Source of the DNA: Alloascoidea hylecoeti
Lineage: Eukaryota
NCBI GenBank assembly: GCA_001600815.1
Contig: BCKZ01000020.1
Location: 1-64,000, forward strand
Reading direction: 5' to 3'
Length of the DNA: 64,000 nt
Below are positions 24,523 to 34,379 of the stretch, piece by piece. Position numbers and translations under genes: made by a program. The notes beneath the pieces were generated by a model. The model was given only the letters and a program-made list of their open reading frames with translations. It had not been told where the DNA came from and made no database searches. Numbering within the stretch: position 1 is the first letter of the stretch; each line of letters begins with the position of its first letter.

Positions 24523-24948
24523 TCAAATCTCTTTTGGTTTCCTCCCTGGAACTAAAAACCACCATGCTAAAATACCACCCCCAAGAGCAAGTAAGAAAGA
24601 CTTATCATTACTAGACAATTCATCAGATTCATGACCGCTTTCAATATGTGAGTCAATTGTATCGCCAATAGTGGCTACCACACTATCATTGGCAAGTTGT
24701 AGAACCTTTGCCTCGGGTTCTGCTTCAAATTTCACAGCAGTTGGTTGACGGCGTGAGGATTCACTAGTTAAACTGGGGATTTTCATTATTGGTCCTGGTG
24801 GTTTTGCTTCCCATACTCTTGTTGGGATTTTGTAAAAATCAATGGTTGAAGCATCTCCTTTGGCAGAAACATAAAAACATTGTGAGAAAAGTCTTTTTTG
24901 AGTGAAAACCAGAGATTTCAATTGTGAAGGTTTTAAAATATTTGCCAT
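24523..24948 (-). CDS. Small probable mitochondrial protein with C-terminal TM helix (unknown function)
   Basis: Likely start is Met34 of the track ORF (MANILKPSQLKSLVFTQKRLFS, presequence-like), because two CACGTG motifs lie in the upstream extension. Contains GDASTIDF and ends FLLALGGGILAWWFLV + basic tail. Confidence 0.6.
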   Translation of the reverse strand: MANILKPSQLKSLVFTQKRLFSQCFYVSAKGDASTIDFYKIPTRVWEAKPPGPIMKIPSLTSESSRRQPTAVKFEAEPEAKVLQLANDSVVATIGDTIDSHIESGHESDELSSNDKSFLLALGGGILAWWFLVPGRKPKEI

Positions 24949-25391
24949 TTGGATACAAGATAGATATTCAACGGAAAATGGGGAAATGGGTCCACGTGTA
25001 TTGGATGTTGTGGGATTTATGCTATATGCACGTGTGCCCCTCAACATAGTATTTATACTTTATTTAGACCACTTTGAGGACTAAATATTCGGCTTCCTTT
25101 AAAAATAAATTATCGGCCAATTTATGCCGGGCACCGGGCCGCACTACCGGATGATAAAACACTCAATTCAAAATGGAAATTTTATACAAGCCTATAATTC
25201 TATAATAAGCAATTGAATCATTAATGAATAACTAATTATACACTATACTTATATAGAAGAAACAAAACAAAAGAAAGCATACAAATGCCAGATACCAATA
25301 CATAAATAGAAATATAAATAATTTCATAATAATAATAATATAATAATAATAAAGGGTCAGGATTAATTTGTCCAAGGAAATGAAGTTATTT

Positions 25392-26878
25392 TCATCGTAT
25401 TCCCAGTTCCATTAGGTCATTTTCTATCTCACTAGTTGTTGCAGGTTGTATTGATGGAGCCAACGGGAATCCAAAATATTTATTTAAACCTGATAATAAA
25501 GATATTTCATTGTTTAATAATTGACGTTCGTGTATAGCAGTAACACGATCTTTAGGCGGTCGATATGACTCATTAGGTACTATTGAATCCATTTCTCTTC
25601 TTTCCCTATTAACTTGATACCAATCTTCAGTAGTGTTTCGTAATAAATCTGCCCTTGATTCAGCTTGATCTTTTAAAAATTGTTGATGAATATGATCTCT
25701 TTGAGCCCTTGTTTGATTATCTATACATTGAAGTTGATATTTCCGACGACTTCTTGCAATTTTTAATTTTGCTTCTCGATGTTCATAAATTAATTCATAA
25801 AGAGCAGAAAGTTCTGGATGTGTACCTTCTAAACACATTTTAACTTCAGTTTCATAACGAGTCATTTTATCATGATATAAACGATCTCTTAATTTTGCAA
25901 ATTCAATTTCAATATCAGTTAATTGAGATATTGCATTTTTTCTTTCTTGTTGTATTCGATCATCTTCATCTTGTTTTTGTTTTAATTGTTTTATCATTTC
26001 ATTATCTTGTTCAAAATCAGGAGAATCTCCTTCTATATGTGAGAAACTCACACCATTATTGATATTACCATTTATATGATATATAATACCATTTGGTGAA
26101 TTGATTTCTGAATTTATTAATCCATTTGTATTAATTTGATTTTGAATTTCATTTTCTGAATCATTATTTTGATTTTGAAAATCACCATTACCATTTTCTT
26201 CTTTATAATTTTTATAATTTTCAATCTTCCGTCGTTTTATAAAACTAGGAGAAGAAGATATTTTTCGTTTTTTAATTAAATTCGTTGAGTTATTTCTTTC
26301 ATTTCCATTATTCAATGTTTCCTCGGTAACATTATTTTCAGATGAACATTCATCATTATTATTATTTTGAATAGTTTCAAGTTCTTTTGAAGCCATAGTT
26401 ATATTATCAGAAATATAAGTATTATTTTCATCATCATTTTCATTATTTTTTAAAATACATGGTCTTTTTTCTAAATGTAAGTCACTAAGATCCATTTTTT
26501 CAGTTTCTGCTTCTGAATCGTCCAAGTCACTTAGTTCAGAAGAATCATCGGATAAATTTAAATCTAAGTCTTTATTGTCAACTGAACCATTTAGATTATT
26601 TATTTGATAGTTATTTTTGTCCGGATTCAGCTCGAAGCTTTCTTGGTCATCTAGTGGAGGAGGTGAAGGGGTGCTTATATCCGATAATGGTGAAGTTCTA
26701 TCAATGGCTTTCATATCTAAAAAAGAGAACAAAAGTGTTAATAAATAAATATGAGACCAGTTCCAAAGAATAATTATTAAGAAAAATAGACGAAAACATT
26801 AATTATTTTTAGGTCAGCTGTCAAGCAAAAGAATTACTTACAATCCAGAGGATCGTTGACCTTGTTATCCACGTCCAT
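25392..26878 (-). CDS. DEP1: Sds3-family subunit of the Rpd3L histone deacetylase complex (Dep1-like); 2 exons (26878-26842, 26716-25392)
   Basis: Intron 26841-26717 (GTAAGT..TATTAAC..TAG) joins MDVDNKVNDPLD|YMKAIDR. SEAETEKM motif; ERKNAISQLTDIEIEFAKLRDRLY..GTHPEL; YFGFPLAPSI. Confidence 0.8.
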
Positions 26879-27903
26879 AATATTTTTTTATTTGAAGTAT
26901 ACCAGTTATAATATATCAATCAACAGTAATGTTCTTAAAAGCAGTGGTGAATGAGTAAAGATTCCAATCCTGTTCAAGTGGTAAAGACGCAACACTTCAA
27001 TTCAGTCAGGGCAAGTTATAACAATTCCCCTCTTCTAACCGTGAATAAGTATCGAAGAAAGAGTCACAAGCCAATATTCAAAAGTAGTAGCGATATTTGG
27101 TGGTAAGGAAGTCAATTAAACCACTTGGTGACAGCAGGCAGAGGGTAAGATTAAAAAAAAGTGAGGATAGTAGTAACAAATTAAATTAATGAAAGCAGAC
27201 TGCACGTGATCTCACACGGAAAACTCAGGAAGCCGAGTTTTATACGGTAAGAAATGGCACTCCGTGGAGTTTCGTGTATCGTGGTCCCCCTCGTCTTAGG
27301 ACTTGGGGTGTATATTCCATGTTTGCTCCATCGTTGTAATATTGTAACATCGCCACAGGCCCACAGGCGTCGAACGGGTTTAATAAAGAGCATGGAATTG
27401 AAATCGATACAAAAATCACCATTTTTAAACGAGTTAACAAAAAAGCGATGGTCATCACCAGGACACAGAGGTTCATGATGGAGTCCGGGGGAGCCTCATG
27501 GCCATGGTGGCGGAATTTTGGTGGATAGGTTCTAAGTTTTTTTCCCTGTTAAAATTTGGAGTAGGAATTACAAATACCATTCTAGTTCAAGCTTACGCAA
27601 CTAATTATATAACGCGTACGCTTATAAACACCACATAACCCCAGAAAATCCTCAGTGGGTTCTCCATTGGGGCACCGCAGTAGCAACAGGTAGCACTAAT
27701 ACCCACAGAAGACGTACGGCTATGGATGGAGGGTGCTTACATAATACGCTGCTAAATCTTGTGGGGTCTCTTTTGGGGCAATTGGGCTCAGCTTGAGCAC
27801 TCTGGCCAGACTGTTACCCGCACTGCACGCACTGGAATGCATAAGTGCACAAACAAGATTAGAATTCCAATATTATATATTTTTTTATATTATTATTATA
27901 CAA

Positions 27904-30108
27904 ATGGTAGCTGATACCAGGACAAGGTAAGTATCAAAGATTTACAGGCTTGATTGTAGGCTTATCGTTTATTTTTATTGAGGGTTTTTGAACTAATAAG
28001 AGCAGTTTCGACTTAAAATCTGAGCGACGCAAGTCAAAGAGATGGGTCCAAACCGAGACATCCGCTTATGATGGTGACGATTGGTATGTCCTTTTCACTT
28101 CTTCTCTGGAAACCTGTCAATTTTAACCACTGTCCTTCTTTTTCTTTGCTAATCCAGGGAAGATGACGATTTAAATGATGATTATATCGATGGTAGAAAC
28201 ATAGATGACAATGTACCTAATGTACCTCGGATACCAGATCGGTTCCTTCGTAAATCTGCAGATCGCCGTGTTAACGAACATGCGGCTTCAAACATATCTT
28301 CTGAACCTGAATCTGAAGCCGAAACTATTGATTCTGACGATGAAGATGATATAATTGAAGAATCAAAAGGTAGATGGAGACCAAAAACCGTCATCAGAAA
28401 GCAACCTCCGCTTACTCCTCCTACAACCAAGACAGGGCCTGAAATTGCAATAAAGGCCGAGCCCATGACTTTTCCTGAGACCAATTTGGTTGAAACAGAG
28501 TACTCCGGAACGCGATACGATCCGAATTCTTATGATGAAACAGATCTAGATCTAGGAAAATCACAACTGCAATTGAAACCAACTAAATCCAATACTTCCA
28601 GAAGCTCTAGCCTTTCCTCAGATGCTACACCAATAATTGAAATCTCCGATGCTACTATTGATATAAGGAGCACAAATCCAGACAGTTCAAAAGAACTACA
28701 GAATCATAATTATAATCTTCCGAAAATGAATAATGATGGTTCATCTCTTCATGAAATCGATGAGACTTATGATGCTGTAATGGACTATTATCAAAGTTCA
28801 AGTGAAGAAGAAAAAGATAACGGTTATTCGGGTGATAGTATAACCACATCACAATCCCCATTAGCCATTCCAAATATAGAAAATATTAAAAGTATATCTG
28901 TGAATAGTAATCGATCTTCATTAGATAATTCTAGTGAGAGTTGGTCTATAAAACAAAGTCCAGAATTATTGGTTTTAAAATCTGAAAATGATGATATGAC
29001 TGATCTTCAAGAAACTGAATCACCACTTGTTTCACCTATAAATGATCAGGTTCATTTTAATTCTGATGATGATGAACAACAAAATGAAGCTACGATAAAA
29101 GAAGAAGACTTATCTCCACTTCACTTAAATAATATCGAAGATACGAAACCTGTATCATCCTTATCAGAAACTATGAAATCGTTAACTACTACTAATGAAA
29201 TCGACAATCCAAAACAGGATGATGGTATAGCATATAGAGGAGGCTCTACCAATTTAACCAAAAATATACCTGCAATGAAATATCGATCACTTTTAGCAGA
29301 AGAGGAAAATCCAACTGAGCCAATAAAAAAACCTTCAACACCACCTACATTAAACGAATCTGAAACACCTGTGTTAAAACCGGATACTATTGAAAGCTCT
29401 TTTGATTCAACTATATCAGCTTCAACTCCAGTTTCAGTCCCAATGGTTGACGATGTTTTAAATGAAGTATCTACAATTTATTCCGACTTTTCAGATGAAT
29501 CTTATGATGGGTTCCCTACATTATCTTCACTTGCATCTGAAGAAACAACAACTATTAATGAAGAAGAGAATAGCACAATAAAGAATCGGACTTTAGATCC
29601 TGTTGCAAATGGTAGTACATTTAAATCCATTTTACAATCACCTCTTATAGATATCAATTCACCAACTAAAAATGTAACTTTCAATCTAATTAATTCAACT
29701 TCTAAATTAACAAAGAGACCACCTTCATATAAAATTGATGCAATATCAAAATTACCAAATATAAAATTACGTCTAGAAGCATACAGAAAAGCAAGATTAG
29801 AAGAAGCAACATATAATACTGGATTAAATGAATGGTTAAGTTCTGCTTTAACAAGTAGTATTTATAGTACACAACATTTACCCACATTAGGACCAAATGT
29901 ATCATCAGCATATTCAGAAGCACAATCTAATTTTAATAACAGTAATTCAAAAAGACAACATTCAACTAGAAGACAACTTACAACTAAATTTAGTAGACCT
30001 AAAGATGTTTTACATGTTCCTTCTGTTGCGATGGGTAAAGTTGGTGATGGTGCTCACTCTCTAGCAAAAGGTTTCTTGTTAAGAAGAAAGAAAAAAGCTG
30101 CTGCTTAA
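27904..30108 (+). CDS. FYV8: Fyv8-like protein; 3 exons (27904-27926, 28006-28083, 28158-30108)
   Basis: Introns GTAAGT..ACTAAT..CAG and GTATGT..GCTAAT.CCAG give MVADTRTSFDLKSERRKSKRWVQTETSAYDGDDW, matching the Fyv8 N-terminal RxxSxRWV...YDG motif. C-terminal RLEAYRKARLEEATYNTGLNEWL. Exon 3 is in frame with the 28465 ORF. Confidence 0.75.
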
Positions 30109-30704
30109 TGAGTTCTATAATTTTTGTTCATCTCTAATTAATACTTCAACTTTTGAAGAACACTCATGAAGCTGGTATGAGTATAATGATCTAAATTGGT
30201 TGTATTTGATCCGATGATCATGTTTTTAATGTATAACTATATAATGAGTTAGTAATGTATTTTATGGAGTAAACTAATATTATATTGCTATTTGGTCTAC
30301 TATTATAAATTAATGGTGACTCGTTTATCCACGTGCATGCCTTTCTTCTATATATCTTCTTCTCTGTCGCCCTATATTCGTTTCATTCTTCTTTTTTATA
30401 TAATTACCTTTGAATTTGTTTTTCTCTATACGCGTGATATTTATTGTACACCCGATCGGATTGATGCTAAGGAAATCCGATTATGGGCGAATAATGCACT
30501 TGTACAACGGTGTAAGTCAACTTTAAGCCGTACCCAATAGTACCTTCCTTACGTGGACGAATCAACTTGTCAGTAAAAGGAACTCAAATCAAGAATCAAC
30601 TACAATCATAAACAGGAAAGCATATAAAATTAATAATGAGATCAAAACGCAACGAAGGCAATATCGAAAATATCCCCCTGATTCCCCGATAATGAAGCTT
30701 AAGC

Positions 30705-31264
30705 AAAAGCGAACCTTTCGCCACATGCGATCACGTCTATAGTCTCAAAGCAGACGAAAAGATCAAGGACTTTACTATAGAAAACCCAATTAAATAATGG
30801 GTGGATTATTTCTATCTACTAGAAAGTGAAGGTCAATCCATGATGTCTTTCAACAACGAATATATCAATGGATCACAAAGGTTTGTGATTCTGGAACCTG
30901 GAACACATTATTCATAAATAATCCCCCCCCCCCCAGTTAAGACAAATATTAAACTGTTTTGATGAGATTTCGGGCCTGGAAATTTCCAGCAAACATTTAC
31001 TGGCCTGAAATATTTTCGAAGGAGTTTAATAATGATTTTAATACTGTCGATTGGGGAGAACTATAATTATGAATGTGCCCTAGGATTATTTTTGTGGCCC
31101 CTTGATGTATTCTTTGTTGAAAAACATCATGGATGGGCCTTCATTTACATGTAGTAGGAACAATCTACTCATTCTTTAATTGATTTCTCGGTTAACGAGT
31201 CTGGGATCTTTTCAACTGCTTTGACACTATAGATGTTATCGGGTTTCGCGAAAGGATCACTTTT
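30705..31264. repeat. Palindrome A: ~175-bp inverted arms of a decayed Ty3/gypsy pol fragment, ~210-bp spacer
   Basis: 30705-30879 vs reverse complement of 31091-31264; the first 60 nt match 49/60 by hand. The spacer on + reads IIPPPQLRQILNCF / FPANIYWPEIF, like the gypsy integrase zinc-binding region. Confidence 0.8.
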
Positions 31265-31659
31265 ATTTTGCTTTGTTGGTGGATAAAGTCGATCAATTTT
31301 TTTTTAATAACACCTATTGTTAACGAGTTTCCAGCCGCGCAGTTTGCGGAAAACGATTTCCAAAAGTTTGAAGGATCAATCACAAAATTTTTTTATTTTG
31401 TTAATTTAAATAGTTTATTTTAATATGTGCAAAAAAAATAGATATAGGCATATATTTCTTTTTTAAACGTCTTTAATAAATTATATTAATAAATCGTTAC
31501 AAGTATAAGATCTAATAATATTGTACAAATATTTATATACTCAAAAAATCCAGAATAAATGAGTTTTCATTGGGTGTGACAAAGCATACAATACAAAATA
31601 TTTCAATACATTTATAATAACCCACAGCATTTGACATCATTAGAAAATATATATGAATT

Positions 31660-31901
31660 GACAATTCATTGACTAGTTTGCACTATTGCTAGTTTTCCTC
31701 TTCTTCCTTTTTCTCTTGCTGGACCCAATGAACTCGCATCCCTTCTTCAAGTTTACTGCTACATTGTTTTAGTTCTGTTCCAACCTGATAATGCTTTAAT
31801 TGTTGGTTTCTAAATTTAGTATGATTGGTTTGCAGCTCACTCATTGAGTTACTCAGGGACTCTAGCATCTCCATTAAAGGTTTATGGTGTGGGAATTCCA
31901 T
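31660..31901 (-). pseudogene. Possible decayed GCR1_C-domain (Crypton-like) fragment
   Basis: KHYQVGTELKQCSSKLEEGMRVHW..EKKE..*..KLVNEL loosely follows the GCR1_C pattern E(W/Y)xxGxxxxPSIxxLExxxGxxW...KxIxxxI; contains stops. Confidence 0.25.
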
Positions 31902-32132
31902 TATTAAAAAGATGTTTAACGATTTTGGTTTATGACTGTGTGGATATTTGATGGTGTAAGGAAGTCAACTATAGACGAAAAACGAGCATATTGTTTTTCC
32001 ATATTATTTTATATTAAAAGCATAACTATTTAAGCTAGACTATTAAATTTTTTTATTGAGATATACGTAGTATTGAGTCCTATGGACAGAAAAGGAGAAA
32101 ATGTGGTTTTTAGAAAAAGAGCAAAAATATAA

Positions 32133-32215
32133 TGATAACCTAGGGATTCGAACCCTAGCCTCCGAAGAGATCAGGACCTTAACCTGACGCCTTAGACCAA
32201 CTCGGCCAGATTACC
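32133..32215 (-). tRNA. tRNA-Leu (anticodon AAG), intronless, long variable arm
   Basis: GGTAATC..TGGCCGAGTTGGTCTAAGGC..TCAGG-TTAAGGT-CCTGA..variable arm..CTAGGGTTCGAATCCCTAG..GTTATCA; A and B boxes; T-run terminator downstream. Confidence 0.95.
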
Positions 32216-32404
32216 ATCTTTCTGACAACAGTGAAAAACCTTATTGATACCTTTATATTGTTACTGATTCAGAAACCTGATACTAATATCTAAAAACTTG
32301 AAAAAGTAAAATATATCTAAAAAAAAAAAAGAAAAAAAAAATTTACTTTAAAGGTGGTCTAGGTACATAAGAAGGGAAGAAAGAAGAGTGTCAAGAATAC
32401 ACAA

Positions 32405-32625
32405 AAATAAGAAGAATAGAAAGAGAGGTTTTTATTTCACTATATATAGTAGAGATTTCCTCAGAATTTACATAGTTTCTAGTTATATAATTTAATTGGA
32501 AAATATATGAAAAGTTAAAAAAAAAGATAAAATAAGAAGAATAGAAAAAGAGGTTTTATTTCACTATATATAGTGGAGATTTCGTCAGAATTCATAGTTT
32601 CTAGTTATATAATTGAATTGAAAAG
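32405..32625 (+). repeat. Tandem duplication, ~100-bp unit with ~124-bp period
   Basis: AAATAAGAAGAATAGAAA(G/A)AGAGGTTTT(T)ATTTCACTATATATAGT(A/G)GAGATTTC(C/G)TCAGAATT..CATAGTTTCTAGTTATATAATT occurs at ~32406 and ~32530. Confidence 0.85.
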
Positions 32626-32856
32626 TTCTAAAAAGAATACCTTCTTCTGTACTATACTAAATTGCTATATAAGATTGCTATACTAGAATAGAAGACTATA
32701 TAAAGAGTAGATATTCCCTTTTAATAAAATTTATCGGCTATCAGCTAATATCAGGTAAACTACAAAAATGGTGATGTCAAAAGATATTTAGGAATTTGAA
32801 AATTATTATTTTGTGCAGTATTTCCTTCCCTGTATTGAACCTCCTTGTTTCATGGT

Positions 32857-33196
32857 GTCTTTCGGTGTGGGCTATGATCTATTTGGGATCGGTTACATCA
32901 ATATTCCTTAGTGTTTTATGTTCATTGATGAGAAGAGCTTCATGGTGTGTTGATTCCATGTCCAACTTCTTCGAGACTTTAAAGTTTATGTCTGTTTCGC
33001 ATTACTTCTGTGGAATACTTTTGCACACTCTATGGGAATGCGAAGTCTTGCACAGGAAAAGCAAGGTGTGTTTCCTTCTCTAAGAAGTTGGACATGGAAT
33101 CAACACACCATGAAGCCCTTCTCATCAATGAACATAAAACACTAAGGAATATTGATGTAACCGATCTTAAATATATCATATCCCACACCGAAAGAC
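32857..33196. repeat. Palindrome B: 120-bp inverted arms (114/120 identical) of a decayed Ty3/gypsy RT fragment, 100-bp spacer
   Basis: 32857-32976 vs 33077-33196. Translations include LLHTLWECEVLHRKSKVCFLL*EVGHGI and PTPKDTMKQGGSIQG (cf. Ty3 RT KKCKF..E.EFLGY.I and FPTPKTVKQAQRFLG, recalled from memory). Confidence 0.9.
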
Positions 33197-34379
33197 GCAA
33201 TGGAAGAACGCTAGGTAAACTTCAATTACACTAGCTAAGAATTAATCTTGATCCTGGATGTGTAGCAATTTCTACAAAAGTAGGGAAACCATGATCAGAT
33301 ATTATTAATGGTGCTGATGATGAAGATATTTAAATATAAAGACGTAGATATTGATGGGTAATATAGTTATAAAATAATATCTTTATAAAGTTTATATATG
33401 AATAGAAGAGAAAAAGTGATGTCAAATGAACAATAAAGAAGATATAGATTTATACAGATTTTTTCACAATTATACAGTTTAATTTCTTCATCTAAATACT
33501 TTGAGATTTTAATTAGAAATTTATGAGATTTTAGAAATCAAGAACCTTTAATAAATATAAAAAAGTTAAAAAAATTCGATCTAGAGACTGGAAATCATAT
33601 ACCAAGGTAAATTTGTCAAAGGAAAAGGTGAAAAGTAACTACATGTATAAGGATAAAGGGAAAATTGACAATAGGGGGAGAAAGAAGATTCAAAAATCAA
33701 AGCTTCATAAATAATTATAAACGAGAAAATATTAGTTGTAGAAAATAATAACAATTAAATTACACCTAATTAAGATAAGATATAAAACAGAATAGATTTA
33801 AAACTAAATAGCGATATATAAGCTTACAGTACAGCTTATAGTACAGCTTATACCCACCAATATGATCATGAGCGCTCTATAGAAAATCCCACATTAGTTC
33901 ACTAATTGGTTTTAGACTTTAAATATAATTAACTACTAAATGAATGATTAATAAGTAGACTAATATCTCACCTTACAAACTACTAACATTGTTACTCCCG
34001 GTTACACCAATAGATTTTATGAATATCCGACATTAAATAATGCTTGAATTGGCCAATACTATTTGCTTTCAAATAGTTCCCAAAAATATATCGCCACGAA
34101 TTTTTCCTTATGATTATAGCTGAAGTTACAATTACAAATTCAGCTTACATGTATATTATGATCATAATTAACGCTTAACACCGGTCATGACAAAGCGCAA
34201 CTTGATAGAATAAGGAAACACACAATTTAAAACTAAAATTTATACCAGCTAGGCAATAGTTTAGATTTGTAAAACAAATGGCGAACCTGGAAGGGAAAAA
34301 TATCACACAAAAAAGGTATATCCTCAATCAATACAACTAATCATACTTCATTATTAATGCTAATCATCATGTATAATAT

